In this document: piece by piece, positions 24,090 through 39,215 of the stretch | Numbering within the stretch: position 1 is the stretch's first letter | Layout: every line of letters begins with the position of its first letter | NCBI GenBank assembly: GCA_965285935.1 | Contig: OZ260663.1 | Location: forward strand, 73,718,001 to 73,782,000 | Source of the DNA: Ophelia neglecta | Taxonomy: Eukaryota | DNA length: 64,000 bases | Direction: 5' to 3' | The notes under the pieces: model-generated | What the model was told of the DNA's origin: nothing | What the model saw: only the letters and a program-made list of their open reading frames with translations | Database searches by the model: none | Position numbers and translations under genes: made by a program

Positions 24090-27000
24090 TCAATTGTCCA
24101 CCACCACTTCTTGTGGGAGGCCATTGGACAAGATGGAACTCCGTCGAGAGTTGCTGAGATCGAGGCGAGATCCCTGCCTACTGCCGTTTACTGATAGGTT
24201 GGCTTGTCTAGGAGTCAAACTATGAATGGTCCCTCGAGAGGAGCGGGAGGAGCGACTAGTCAGATTTGACTTCTCTTCATCCTGCATAGCCATACTTTGC
24301 ATATTTGTTGAGGGGCTTTGTACATTTGTTCCGTTGCCAGCAGTCTCGTCCAGACTGGTTATTGTCAGTGGACGACCCAGTTTATCATTGTACTGTACAT
24401 TCTTCTTTCCTACGAGACAGGTTCGTCCTTCCCTGTGCAAAAACAAAACATAGGCTGGCTACAAATAGGTTTATAGTTGTCTAATCATAACTACAATTGT
24501 AGACTATGTTTACTTTTAAAAACTCTTTTCATTGTGGATAGATGAACCTGACTAGCCTACTATAAAAATTTATGTTAATAATTTAAGTATTTAGAATTGC
24601 TCTGAACCATATAAGAACTATTAAGTTAACTTACTCTATCTGTGGAAGTCCTATTTGTCTGTAGTGTTTCCAGCCTTCATGGAACTCGTTGGAGAGCTTA
24701 CCCTTGGCTGTGTAGTAGGTGAGAATCTTCATCAAATATGGGTCAACCCTACATCTAAAAAATATATGCAAGTATAGTACATGTATCAGAATAAATGGTA
24801 GTAATGTTATAAATTGCTAATTGTAACAGCAAATACTGATAACCTTTGATGCATGAAGTCCAAAACTTCTGGTCAAAAACACATCTTTACTCTTAGGCAT
24901 TAATGTGTTAAGAATGTAGAGGGAATAAGTTGCACTTTCAGTAACTTATTTATAAGATAGTCCAACTACTCCACATATAGGTGACTTTTCATTAGGCATG
25001 AAATGGACTGAGTTAGGCATTAGTCCCCCATTTGCCGGGGAATCCAGGTATTTTGGCCGTGTGCTCCCAAGAAAAACCTTTCATTTTGACCATCCAAGAC
25101 CTCAAAAAATGGCAAATCTGCCACAATGCCATCTCCAGGACATGGCAACCCTCCTAAGTATTTAATAGTAATACATATAAAATGCGTGTGCTTTACAACT
25201 CCATAAAAAACTTATCACAGATATCACAGTTACCCCACGACCACTCATGATCCACAAACCACAGTCCATCTCAAAAGAAAACAGCTATATTACTCCTGCT
25301 AGTATATCCCATTAACTTGGAAGTTTCATTTCATTGCTTCTCTAGTACAACAAAAAGTTGTGTGTGCCATTTGTAAATAAAGGCCTACAGTTAAGTGTGA
25401 CAGTGCCAGTCTAGACCAGCACCTGCCCGTTTGTGGGCAATATACTGGGGTGTTGTGTTTACATTGTTGCCCACACCAGGACATACCCTTCATACTAAGG
25501 ACAGAGAGGCTCAACAGAGTCTAGTGCCAGTCTCAGTAGTATGTACTCAATTCCAAATCTGTTAAGGGTAAGGTTCGGTTCCAAACTATTGGAATCTGGT
25601 TTCGTCAGCCTTCTGCCACTGTACTTCTGAACATTTTTAAAGTTTTCTCATCAAAATTGGTCACTGGTTGGAAAGTGGGGCAGGGAGGTGTTAAAAGCCA
25701 CTGGCCTCGGCACTGGCCATGTGTGGGGGAGGAAGGAGTCAATTATGTCTATATTAAGTCTGAACACTGGCGGATCTGGCCACGAGTTTCTGGAGCAGGC
25801 TTTAAGTTTCATAATTTGCACACAATTGAGCCACCGCCAATCTCTAACTTAGCACAATGATGACACAAAACCCTGAGAAGTCTTTAACATTTTAATAAGG
25901 TGCTAATTTAAAATTGCCAGGAAACCCATGTTTAACCCATGCCACCTCCATCCAAATCCCCCTGTCCCTCTGTTCTTCCAACTTGATTGCCCATCTTCCT
26001 AGTGTCCAAACGTATCTACCGCTTCATACCAGATACAGTTACTATACAAGTCTCAGATGGATCAACAAGATTTCTCGCTTTTGTAAACCCCACAACCCCC
26101 CCCCCCCCCCCTCCACCCGGACTCATCCCCCTGGATCCGAGCCCCCTTGTTTAAGCCATAAACCTCCCGATAGGCTTATGCCATTAAGACCTAGCTTATA
26201 ATGGATGACAGTGATACAGCCACAGGATTCCCCCTTGCAACGTTCCTGTCACCTATCCCCTCCCTTACCCGTCCCTCCCCACAGTGACACCTCCCTCCTG
26301 CTGTGCTTGACCGGGGCAATGCCCACCTTGTGTCCTTCTCCCTTCCTCATAGAATTATCTGTTATTATTAATGTTTCAGTACAAGCCTATCTACAAATGA
26401 ACATGGTGATTGGGGTGTGTGGGCCGGTAGATGACGGCTCCTAATGATTTTTGGACCAATTAAATGGACTACTATAGATTTTGCTTTGTTTTTCGGGTAT
26501 ACACTCCCTTTTTTGAAAATGCCCCCACGATATTTAGCTCTGTACATCTTGACGCTGCCGTACACTTTCAGCTGCTGGGTTCACTTGTTTTCTTTAGTTA
26601 AGAGTAGGTTTTCATACTTAATCGTTATAGTTGTGAATGACTTTTGGACCCAAGTTACTGGTACGTTTCTCCTTTGACCTACTGCTGGAGATACGCACCA
26701 CGGTGAACTTGTTAGTAAATGCGTATATCTGACAAGTTTGCATGGCCATTTCGCTTGCATTTTGCATGGTTCAACCATGCTTGATGCCTTAGTATTCAAA
26801 CTTGATGGTCTTCAAACAAAAGTTGTTTTATCTTTTTTTTTAATCAATACTAGAATACGTGCCAGTTTTATGTACCGTTTCCCGATATCTTTAAGCGTTT
26901 TTCATTTGACAACGGGGGAGGTGGCTTGGTTCTTAAATGAAAACTATGCAGGTCTATAGGAACTCCCACAACCAATGGTTTAGTGAAGTAGTCCGGATAA

Positions 27001-30000
27001 GGCTTTACTTACCTACTGAGCAGTTGTCTGAGGGCATGCTGGTTGAAGGATAGGTAGCCCAGAGCTATGGCCGCACATCCCCGGACCTGCTCGGCAGGAG
27101 ACAGCAACAAGTCACACAGGTAGTTCACAGTGTCAATGGACACGAACGCAGCAGGAACACCTGACAAATCACAATGGGCGGGATGAACGTGTTAACTCAC
27201 ATGTTTACAAGCTTTGTGAAGATTATCAGTAATCAATATCTAGTTATTAATTAAACCTTGGAAAATTTCCCTTGTAATCCACTGCTTTAGTAGTAAAGAG
27301 CCACTAAATCATTCGGTTAATCAATTTCCAGCTGACAACAACGGTGAAAAACAAATAGTTCTTTTTATTAAAGGATCACATTGTTTACTTAAAGGTGGCT
27401 TTCTTAAGCCTTCTCAGAGAAAGTCCACTTGAGATAATATTTAAGGACTTTTAAAGACACATTACATCTAGAGTCGCTCAAAACCTACCAGCTCTCGTGT
27501 GACCCAGTCTTGCTATGCAGTCCGCTGTCAGAGACTTAATGAGGTCCGACTTGCTGTCCTGTAAAAGGTCGGCCAGCAGTTTGATACCAGCGGCGGAAGA
27601 AATCGCCTGCTCCTCGTCAGGGATGATTCTAGCCAGCACTACAACCTAGTGTATAACAAAACGAAAACCACCCAGTAAGAGGGAGTGGGAAGCGATGAGA
27701 TTTGGCAAAAAGTAAAGGTTATGTCTTATCAGTGCATTATGTAAACATTAATGAAATATATATAAAAGCTGTTAGTTAAAAGATACACCCTATCAGACAA
27801 ATATAATAAAAATAATGTTATGAGCGCAGCTCAAAGAGTATGAAAACTCTTTCGTCTTTACACTTTGGCTATTTACAGCTACATGTTGTTGGTTTAGCAA
27901 CTTAAACATGAACCGGATTTTTTAATATTTCACGCATATTTGTGAAAATTTTACTGTTTAATTGCCTACTATAACTGACATATTATTGTGTAATTAAGTC
28001 AGGAATAGCATGGTTCCATCTCCTTTACCGATCATATTCACATCGCGATGTCCAATTAGCCAGAGACCCACTGAAGGCTATAGGTTTTCAAGACAAGCGT
28101 TGCCTACGTCTATACGCATATGCACATGATATTAAAGGCAGCAATACTCGGTTTAATAATAAAATTTAACCGACACGTATGAAATTGTCGGTATATAGCT
28201 GGTAAATGTACACTGCTAGCACGGGCGCATATAGGATTAACCTCTTATATTGCTAAGTCGATATTGCTATATTGGCTTAAGGTTTTATCCGATTTAATCC
28301 TCCTCAGGTTATGGTGACTGATTAGCAACCGATACCATTACAATATGAATGTATAGACCCAGTTCTATATCGTCACTATATCATGACAAGTCTGACTTAT
28401 CTATGAAGGGCCTTCAATTCGTAACTAGAGGCTATGTTGATAAGACACCGAGCTATAAATTTGTAATTTGATTTGAAGTAATAAAAAATGCTAGAAGGCT
28501 TGACATCCTTGTATGCCTAAGGTATAAGTTAGTTAAATTAATATTAAATAACTCTTAGTTTGATTACACAGCTGGCAATCATGCTTGTAATTTATAAATT
28601 TCATTTTCTTCTTTATTTCCTTGGGGGGGGGGGGAGAATTTGGCCGTAGGCACATACATTGGGCCTGAAAATAAGGAAAGTAGGCGCCGTTGCTTCAATA
28701 CGTCATTAATCAATTCATCGAACTGTTAAATGAGTCAAACGTCATCTATTACCTGGAAGGCAGCATTGCAGCGGAAAAACTCATCATCAGATTTTAAAAA
28801 GGACAAAAAACAGCTGAAGCGAACTCCCCCTTGCTCTGCTACTTCTTTCTGATTTTGTAGATTGTTATAGGAAAAGGCAGCCAAAGCCGATCCCGCGATC
28901 AGTCGTACCAGAGGGTCCTTGGCATACATCATCTTTAGTATCCGTACATAACTAAAATCTAAGTTCTGTTGAATTTCTTCTAGATTATCAGCATTACCTG
29001 TAAAAAAGAATGGTAAAATTAAATGTTGATCAAATTTCTTAGCCAGAAACAAAACCACAACGCAATTTTTATACAATTTGTAACTAAACTCTTATAGTTA
29101 TATCATATACACTGTTACATTTCGACAGCAGGACCTCACAAATCAACACCCATTTTTAAATTCACATCATTGGAATTTAGTGTTTACATCAATTCATAGT
29201 GGTTTTTTCTCTCAAGAATTTTAACTTGTGTTTAAAATCATGCAGCATGTTATTCAACTCCACTACCCTTAAACTCCATTAAAAGTATACATGATCGTGG
29301 AGCTAGATAAATCACAATTAAGCATATACTAGGACCACTGACGTTTTCGAAAACCTTGATTACGGACATATTATTGCTATCATCTAGGTTTTTTAGTGTT
29401 CTTTCTGGACTTAAATAACTTTGATTACACAGCTGGCAATCATGCTGGTCATTTATAATGTTTCATTTTATTCTTGACTTTCTTTCAATTTAACGTTGCT
29501 ATCCATTGCACAGGTATTGGCCTACTGAATTATTTGCACCACAACATATTTGTACCATAACATATTTGAATAGGAATGTTGTCGTTTTAAATGCCTGTCT
29601 GCGATAGAAACACTCCCTACGTTTCCAAAACTTACAATGTAATATTTTCATTGTTGGAAGCACAACAGTTCATGCTTACAAAATGCTAGGCTGCTTACCA
29701 ACTCTTCATTTTTTGTTTAACACTGCTAACCCTTAATAAACTTTATTGAGCTTATGTTTTAGTGCCATGTTGAATTCGTGCCAACAAACGTATTTGCTTT
29801 TACAGAATGTGCCTCGTCTATGACATTTATCTTTAGCTCAAAATAATTTTTCCTGTGTTTACTCACATAAAGGGCTTTAAAATTTTGTATATCACTTTAT
29901 AATATTATAAGTGATATATGATTTATTTACTATGAAGTGACAGTTAAGTGCCCATTATTAAAGAAGGCAACTCCACCATTACTGATATAGAACTTGATGC

Positions 30001-33000
30001 CTATCCGTAATAGCCGAAATGTGATATTATTTGTATTACTTTGTATACATGACTAAGCTATTCAGTAAAGGCGCCTTTTTATACGGGAACATTTCCTTTT
30101 ACAAAAAAAAGTGAAGCAATATTTGTTTATCTGTCCAGTGAACAACGCTAAATATGAAGTAAATGAGATTGTATTAAGCAGTTGTGATATTAAACTGTCA
30201 CTCTTATGGGGGTTGATCCGTGCGAGTCAACTGTGATTAAGAGACTTGAGCGATAAAATATATTTTTGTTTTCATGCTACATAATTCGTTTGTTTGGATA
30301 CTCTATTAGGTCAACTGGTTTAAATGGCCATATATATAGAACCAAAATTTGAACTGCAGTAAAATTAATGAACCACGAGAGACTTACATAAAAATTCATT
30401 TAGTTTGTAACATGTATCACTTCATTTAACACAAGTTCCAATTTCTGCAGGTGATTGAAAATACGTGTATCGCATACCTTACATTGTCAATTTTTGAACA
30501 ATGTTTTTGCTTTGACGATGGTAATGATGAGTACATCTAATTTCTACATGCTCGATTAGAAATCGAATGTTTTATAGAAAGCAGCCCATATAAGCAGATA
30601 GCTTTGCATGTTAGATTTTTATTTTATTTCAAATCAGCATTTGTAGTTTTGGAAAAATGCAAAGCAGTCTTACAAAAAGGACGGCTGCAGCGAGAGGGAA
30701 CAAGTAGGGTATATACTATTTTATCCATTTCATCTGACAATTAATGTTTTTTGCAGTCAATTTGTAGACATATTTGAATTTTTTATTTAATATTTTATAA
30801 AGAAAAATATTTTTTTGTGCAAAAAAGCCTGGGGTTGGGAAGTAGAAGAGTGGGTAACTGGTGGGTCCTATAGCTAACATATTCTACTTTCCAATTTCGA
30901 TCTTTGAAAAATGCACTTGGCAGTTCTATTAATCACAAAAAGTTATAACCCATGTTGGTTATATTCGGCAACAGAGAAGTTGATTGAATGTTTTAAATAA
31001 TTTTTTTTCCCACAAAAGATGGCATTAACTTTTACTGGGTTTTAAGTCCTAGAATCACAAATTTGCGTTGGCATGTCAAAGGAGCATGCATGTGATAAAA
31101 TGTTACAACTGTGTAGCCGAAACTGTTTCAAAATAGAAACGCATTGGAAAATTTTATGTGCTGTTTAACGTTTAATGAACTTCTGATCTTCTGCTAACAT
31201 GCTCATGGATGTTGTTTGATAGTCACTTTCTCGTAATATCAAACATTTATAGCCACAGTGATTACATAGACATTCAACAAAGACAGAGTATCTCCTTGAG
31301 CATCATGCGACACCTGCCTCTAAGAAAAGCCGTGGATTCTATATTCAATTTGTAAAAAATACAGTAACTATTATCACATAGACACCCTTCTTCTCGCAAC
31401 ACAGAACACTGTTATGGCTATTTCTAATTGCAAGAGTTGTAATTTTAAATTTGTTTTATTTATTTATTTACAAGCTTATTAACAGTTTTAAGGGAACCAA
31501 AAATTGGTGTTTACGTTCTTGCAGTTGAGGGATACCGATGATTTCCGACCGAATTGATGGAATTTTACAAATTAATGATTTTGCTTTTCCTGCCGGCTAT
31601 CCACTTCCAGGTTTGTCAATTAAGGAATCCGCGTGGTGAAACAGCTGAACACTTTATAGTGAAGCCCAAATGGCAATAATAGACCATATCATTTGTTCTA
31701 TATTAAGAACAATAATAAGCACAAACTGCCATGTTGCATGATAAAATGTTTGTACTACAAACTACAATTATACTGACAAACATTAGACAACCAAGCTATC
31801 TATATATATAACTATATACCTCCAAATAATTTTGTCCACAAGCTAGCATTTTTTTGCACACAAAGAAAGAGAGGAGCATGTGTGTACAATGATGAGGCAA
31901 TAACTGTGAGATCACACATGACAATGTGTTTTCTTTGATGTTTACGGGTCCTTACATTAGATGCAAAAGACCTTATGATGACTATGAAATTTAACTATAC
32001 TATGTAGTGCCCGGTTTCCTGGATTATATGGGACGGCCTAGGTGTCATTAATGTGTTCTATCAACCTTTCCAAAATTTTCAAGTGATATTATGATAATAT
32101 TAAAGACGATATGCAAAGAAGATACAATGTTTTCCATGCAAATTTACATGTATCTGGGTATCACGGGTATAAGGGGTAACGCTTGCTTAGGTACTTCAGC
32201 TGGTTGGCTCCACATTCAGCATCAATGTAAAAAAGGATAAGCTTAATTATATATTTTTTAAAGCTAAAATAAAAATATAGGACGTTCTAATGTGTTTTGA
32301 ATGTAGGATTAATAAATATAATGCCATATATTTGTGCAAAACACATGACCACCATGGCCAAGAATGTGGTATTTAAGTCGCCCATGTGTATTATATAAAA
32401 TACACTCCGTAACATAGTACTCGTCTTCGCGTCTGTGATTTGATCGTCTCGTGCAATATGTGAAAGCAGAGCACAAAGTGGGTCGTTCGAATGCCAAATT
32501 TCAAGGACACAGGGAAAAAAAGTCCACACGCCAGCTATGTGTTTTTGGGCAATATCTAGGAGGTCAATGTCACAAACTCCACAAAATGATTGGTGTATGA
32601 TATATTTTCTGAAGGCTAACCCATAATGTAATCCATCCCAACAGGTTTATGTTTATAAACAACATTGCTACAACATATACGAGAAGCTACTACTTACCTA
32701 GTGCTGCACATCCTAGCGTGTGAGCGGCTTCCACCTGTATGATTTCGTTCCTAGAATGGACCATGAGTGCCACGAGGAACTTGAGGCCCCGAGACTGTGC
32801 CAATGCGGCTTGATTACGAGCGTGCGGTACGTATCCCACGCCCACACTTAAACACCGCAGGGTCCTTATCACACTGAGAACGATGTATTCCTTGTCAGAC
32901 CTAAGCAGCCGTACAAGCGGGTGGACGCCGTTAGCCTGGGCAATCTGGTCTTGTTTGTTGAGGGGCCCCTGTGACAGTACACTCACAGCCTCCGAGCCGA

Positions 33001-36000
33001 TGAAATGCAGTTCTTCCGACATGGAGCTTAGGAATTCTATGAGAAGCTGAACTCCCATCATGCCTGCCATGGTTCTCCGTTCTTCCACGTCGTCGCCTGC
33101 AAGTGCCCACAAAGCCCCGGCTGTCTTCCGTTGAATTTCTGGCTGGCGAGAGCGCTTTAAAAGTTGCATTAGTGGCATCACTACGCCGTCTTCCAAGATA
33201 GCTTTCTGGCTATTTGGGTTGTTCTCTGCCAGTCGGTGTATGGCTTCCACGGCATTCATCTGCAGATCCTGGTTCTTCACTCTGATAAGTGTGATAACGT
33301 TGGCAGCAGCACCGTCCTGGATAAAGGCATTTTGGTTGGCCTCGTGCATGGAAGCCAGGCTGGACACTGCCCCCGTTAGGGCCATCAGCAACGGTCGGCT
33401 TGTACAATCCTCGAAATGCTGGACAATACTCTGTATGGCGCCCTGCTCTCGTCCGATCGCTGACTGATGGGTCTCATTTCCCCGGGAGATGTTGGCGAGT
33501 GCGTCCACGGCCTCCACCAGGACATCGGGCTCTCTCACTGCCTCAACCACCTTTACTAAGGCCGGGATGGCGCCATTCTGGGCACATACGTCCGCATATG
33601 TAGACATTGTCGCCATCTCCTTGATGGTCTTAGCAGCCAGCTGCACAAGGAAATTATTGTTAGATTTAAGCAAGCGAATAACAGCTGGAATTCCACCTGC
33701 AGATGAGAATTGTTCTCTCACTTCCTCCTTTGACACAATGTTGTGCAGACACTCGAATGTCGGTATTTTGGCCTGGTCAGCAGTCGATGTACTTTTGACC
33801 ACTTTAGCAATGGTCGGCACTATTCCATTGTCGTACGCTGGTTTCCAGTTAGGATTAACCCCTTCAGAACTGTCTTGTGTGAGTGTCCTTAGACATTTGG
33901 CCGCAGCCTCGGCCTCCTCGTCCGACTCGGACGCCAGAAATTTGATGAGATTTTTCCACACGGGTAAACGATCGTGATTTAACTCGATAAAGTATTCCAG
34001 TAACGATATGAATTGTTTGAAGGCACATAACTCGACAGCGCCATGGTTTTGGGTGTTTGTGGCCCACACTTTGGCACCTAGGTTGACAATACATTGGACG
34101 GTTTCGAGATTGCCACTCATGACTGATAATAGGAGAGGCGTGGAATGAAGATCGTCGCCCGTCTCCAATTCCAATTGATCCTCGCTCGCCTTAGCGAAAC
34201 GTTCCACCGATTTGACGAAACTGAAATAGCCCAAAAATTATTTTCATTTCACTAAGATTTATTCAACACAGCGGGATGAAAAACTGAAAGAACGTCGATG
34301 CTGTTCTTAACTCTCTATGGTTGAAGCAGGTGATAAGCTACCTGGTTATTTATGCAAGCATTTAATTACCTTTTTGCAAGGAGATTTGGAACTCCCATCT
34401 ATAGAGGGTATGCAGTTAAAGCCGAATACTGATACTACTTACCCCCTGAAGGCAGCATGGTGTATATGCGCCCAGCCGTTATCGTCCAGCTCATTCATGT
34501 CTTCGTCTGTGTAATCGTATTGGTCGGGGTCGAACTCCTTGACAGGTTTGTCTCGTCCCTGTCGACTTCCCCCAGGACCCTGCCGGATAACCTGCTGGTA
34601 TCTCTCCTGCCCGCGCCGCACCAACACAGCATCCGAAACTCTGAATAGGGAAAAGAAAAAAATAGAAGACTATAGCATCATTAGCATTTTGTGTAAGGAG
34701 TACTCTTGGTATTCTATTTCCGCTATATTCTAAAGGAAGGAAAATATCCGATGACAGGATATAGACGAAGTCTCCTACTCAACGCTGAGAGCTACAATGG
34801 AAACTCGGGAAAAACAGCACCCGCGTCTCGCAAATCATCTATTTCTATGATTTAGTACCAACAGCCAATATTCAGATGCCACCCAAGGGTGAAACGTAGA
34901 ATTTGAGAAACGATGATCACAAGCCTGCATCAATATGTTTAGCTCATGCATTTTGATCATCCGTGGCGTTGTAAATCCATAACGCAATTGCAAGAGAATA
35001 ACAGTACGTCGTGGCAAAAATGCAAGGCTGTTAATCGAATGTTTGCAACTTGGCACCTAAGAACAGCAACAAGCTGGCAAAAGTGCACTCTTAATAATGT
35101 TTCCAATGTGATCTTTGCGCTGATTTCCTTGTTTAATATTTGCTCTCTTGTGAAATCGTTGTTAAGGAGAGAGCTAGACAGCCAGACAAGTGGCTCAAAA
35201 TGGCAAAGTAACACCTGAAGAGGCACAAGACTCTCTTTTGTTATGGAGTTGTTATCAGTCATTAGCAATTCAGGTGAAGAGGCCTTCAAGCGTAAAGTAA
35301 AGATATACATGTATAGGGCGTCACAATATATTTGTGCAGCTCCTCTATCGTGAAAAGTTCAAGTGGACGGTTTAAAGTGTAAAAAAAACGTCCAATTTGC
35401 TATTATAAATTCGTCTGATAAATTATGATTAGGTTGGAAAAGGTAGAAACCAATGTAAGCTTGGTGTTTCGCATAAGAATAGCGACAATCGTTACTTGGT
35501 CGAGAATTAGAACCATGCACTGGACATATAATAGTCATTTTGCCATAGCGTTATTGAGGTTCTGTATATTATGATTTGCATAACAAATAGCAAAAAGTGG
35601 CTAACACTGATAGTGGTCAAGAATGTATATGGTAAATGTATTTCCCCGCGCATGTAAGACGTTGATTCGGTCCATTTATAATCAGGCTGATTTATTATTT
35701 GCTAATTTACTTGTACATTAATTGGTAGTCATCTATTCACCAGCACCATATAGGCCTAGGCATAATTCTTTAAACCTTGGGGCAATTAGATCTCGTATGC
35801 TACAGCTTTCGGCATTTATTATTTCACGTGAAACTTATGTCTTAGGACAAAATACCGGTCGATGCCAACACCCGATGTTTGTTTATCACAAAGGTATGGT
35901 ATCCGATAACAGTGCCCTAGTTTGCCTACATAAGTACATTTTCGTATTACTATCGCTACACTAATGGTATGCCTGACCTGGTTAATATGAATGCTTCAAA

Positions 36001-37437
36001 TAAATATGTTTATTCAACACCAATAACACACTAGTAGTCCTACATGTTTGAGATATTATAGTAACACGATAAATTTTAATAATAGTAATATTTTGTCAGA
36101 GCTCAACAAAAAGCATTAAGGACTCACTATATTCGAATAATAACAAGAATTTTCATCTAATTTTCGTATAGAGGTAACATTGTTCATTCCCTGTCAATAA
36201 AGATACTGCTGTAAAACTCAAGCAGACCTGATTATTGTGGATTAAACGGATACATAGAGATAAGGCACATGCCATCCATGTGATCCCCACACTATTATTG
36301 TGTTCCTATATTGAAGTCCTATTAATATACACTTGTGTCAAACTCCTATTTAGAAACGTGTCATCGTATCATTGGATGTAACTGTGAGCAAGCCTTTTTA
36401 TGGTTTATCATTATATATGTAATTTAAAATGAAGTATATTGTAAATAAAAATTGTTTCAAGTAAATTAAATATATCACAATTACAGCATATGGCGCATAT
36501 ATATGCAGAGTAGTTCTGCAAATGGTACATTCGCTATACATTATGCTCTACATATAGGCATATCGGTCTACGCTCTTAACATAATATATGTACAGTGAAT
36601 CCTGTGAATTAAGACCACCCAAGGAACTGGGAAATACTGGTCTGATTATGGAAATGGTATATTTGGATAGTTTCATGTTACATTGAAAGTATAAAGTATG
36701 GTACTCATTTGAGTTTTGGGAATATAGAGTTGCTGTGATTACAGAGGTTGTTATTGAGACAGGTTTCACTGTAGAATATCTTTTTTCATTGTTTAATTCA
36801 TTAAGTAGAAAACCGATAAAAAAGCAACAGAAGCCAGGAATTCAACTTCATATGTTTAAATTTATGAAGCAAATGTCCGTTGAGCTGCGCACAGAGAACA
36901 TGGCATGGTTTGAGCCGGGAACTAAATAGCCTATTCATGTATTTATTATTTTTGCCAAATATATATTTTCCTCGCTCTTGAATACTTTAATTCAATTAAA
37001 AACATAAAAACTTCTATGCTTGTCATGAGCTTCTATACAAGACTTATGGTAGCTTTTAGCACATAATTCAATAATTGAAATCACATAAGAATAATAAAAA
37101 AAAAGAAAATTTCGAAGTTTCTAAAACAAGCGAATCATAATAGGCCTGTTTGAAGTTACCTTTGCTCACTGTACATACAAAGCATTCTAATTAATTCTAT
37201 ATCAGAGAATCACATGCAGAGTTGCCTGTATCATTTTAGCGACCCTTGCGGTACAGCCCCTCCGCTGTCCCTTAGTATATAATCACCAACGTATTACACA
37301 CATACATGTTTATATATCTCTCCTGCCCGATGTACTTACTCGTCCAGTGGTCCTTCCACGTCCGAGAGGTCAGTGGACGCTCCGGTCTCGGACAGCGGTG
37401 AGGGCGAGCGCACCTCGAAATCTGGTAGGATCGACAT
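24090..37437 (-). CDS. ANKAR: Ankyrin and armadillo repeat-containing protein (ANKAR-like), 943 aa
   Basis: Eight phase-consistent GT-AG exons: 37340-37437, 34443-34640, 32698-34220, 28753-28997, 27489-27645, 27013-27160, 24635-24754, 24090-24432 (2832 nt). Ankyrin motifs (GWAHIHHAAFRG, TPLLLSVMSGNLETVQCIVNLGA) are followed by many armadillo repeats (GGIPAVIRLL, GAIPALVKVV, GVHPLVRLL) and an ANKAR-type C-terminus (ADCIARLGHTRAGVPAAF, AIALGYLSFN). Confidence 0.88.
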
Positions 37438-39037
37438 GGTTACGTAAATATCCAAAACTCAATAAGGCTGATAATGATCAGGCTATAATACGTACTCCTA
37501 CAAAGTTTGACACGCATTCCATAATCTGGCTATTGTGGTCAAAATGTTAGCGAGCTTATAGACTTGACCCGTTTGGGGAACACGCCTACCACGATCTGCC
37601 TCTGGTGTGGCTAAATGTGATGCCAACTCCAAAGCGACTTTATTTTCCCCAGTTTACTGTTGCTGAGGAATCTCTGTGATTCAATTAACCTCAAATTAGT
37701 TCCGCTGAATCATTTATGAGGTGTTCAGGGTCGAGATGGATGAGGCGGGACGGAATCTCCTTGTTTGACAGAGATCGTCTGAACAACGCTCGTTGTTAGT
37801 GCTCCCATAAGAATATGAAACTTTTGACAGTCATTGATCATTTCATGCTTTATATTCCTAATGTTCGGCTCAACACAATGGCGGGTTGCCATGAGGCGGC
37901 CTATCGGTGGTTTACATACCGTCCCCCACATAGTTAAACGATGTTTGCTCAACGTGATCGATGGTACCAAAGCTGTATAGCTACTCGGAGCTAGCTGAGA
38001 GGAAAACAGCCGCGTTGTCCCACACCATGTCCAGATCAATTGTTTATAGAGCTCCATACCTACGTCTGCTTTGAGAATTTCAAGTGTGATTTTTTATGTA
38101 AAATGCCAAGAAATGGCAGACGGGTTTTAAACCATATAGAAGGTAGCTTTTAATCGGCAATTGCATTCCGCAGCGGCACGGAGAACAACCATTTCATTTT
38201 GTTGATTATAGATAAAGAGCCCAACTTTTTCTGATAAAGGTATATGTCTATATATGTGAATACTTTAATCAGTAAAACTAGGTAAAATGTTTGTAACCAC
38301 GCCTAGTTGCTAAAACCCATCAAATAAGATTATGCCATCGTGCCAAAGATTTTCTGACAACTTCCCAACTTAGGAAATTGGAATGTCAATAAGGGCGCAA
38401 CTTATTTACAGTTAAATTGCTAGCGTATAGGCTCTATCTAATTTCATGTGCACTTTTGTATCCACCAGACTCAATCCGTACTGCTGCTATAGGTTGGATA
38501 TTCTATTTTTCAGCTCGTGAGGTGCGCAGAAAATTGCTGGCCGCACGCAATGAAGCCGTGGATCAATGAAATAGGGATTATTCCATTCTCATTACCTCTC
38601 AAAAAATCAATGATGGGCTATTATTGAAAGTCTACAGAGTCCGAGTTGATTATAAATAGCAGATAGCATGCATGCCTTTAGAGTAGACTTTCAATGACCG
38701 CTGCAGCAAGTGCAGTGGGCGAGATACTAAGACGAACTGTTCTAGAGACCCATAATTTATATTTGCATGTGAAACTGTCTTGTGCGTGGTCAGTGGTCAC
38801 CACATGCACTACTAGGTAAGCAACATTAATTTCCATGGATCAGGTTTTGATTCGCTCAACACAAATATACATAGGGTAGCCTAGTTGGAAAAGTTACCTA
38901 GACCACTGTGAGGATTAATAATTACAAAGATATACAGGGTACGTGGTAACATTTCTACAGTAACAGGGAGAGGGTTCTTCTACCACTATCAGGATAACTA
39001 ACTACAGAGATACATAGAGTAGGGGGTAACGTTACTA

Positions 39038-39215
39038 CAGTGGTACCTGCCATGTAGGGCCACCCCTATATCCGAGGAAAAGTGGCCCTACATTGCAGGT
39101 GGCCCTCCATCGGAGGTACTTTATCATGGAAAAGATAGGTCATGGAAATTCAAAAACTGTCCTGCCATCGCAGGTGGCCCTTCATCGGAGGGACCCTACA
39201 TCGCAGGGACCACTG
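39038..39215. mobile_element. 178-bp Tc1/mariner(pogo)-type MITE
   Basis: TA|CAGTGGTACCTGCCATGTAGGG ... CCCTACATCGCAGGGACCACTG|TA; TA TSD; internal GCAGGTGGCCCT repeats. Confidence 0.85.

Noticed and set aside
33210-34094. Several overlapping short ORFs on both strands
   Set aside because: Shadow frames of the GC-richer 1.5-kb ANKAR exon with no independent motifs.
37884-37900. RFX X-box upstream of the ANKAR-like gene
   Set aside because: Only a half-site (GTTGCCATG) matches; expected by chance.
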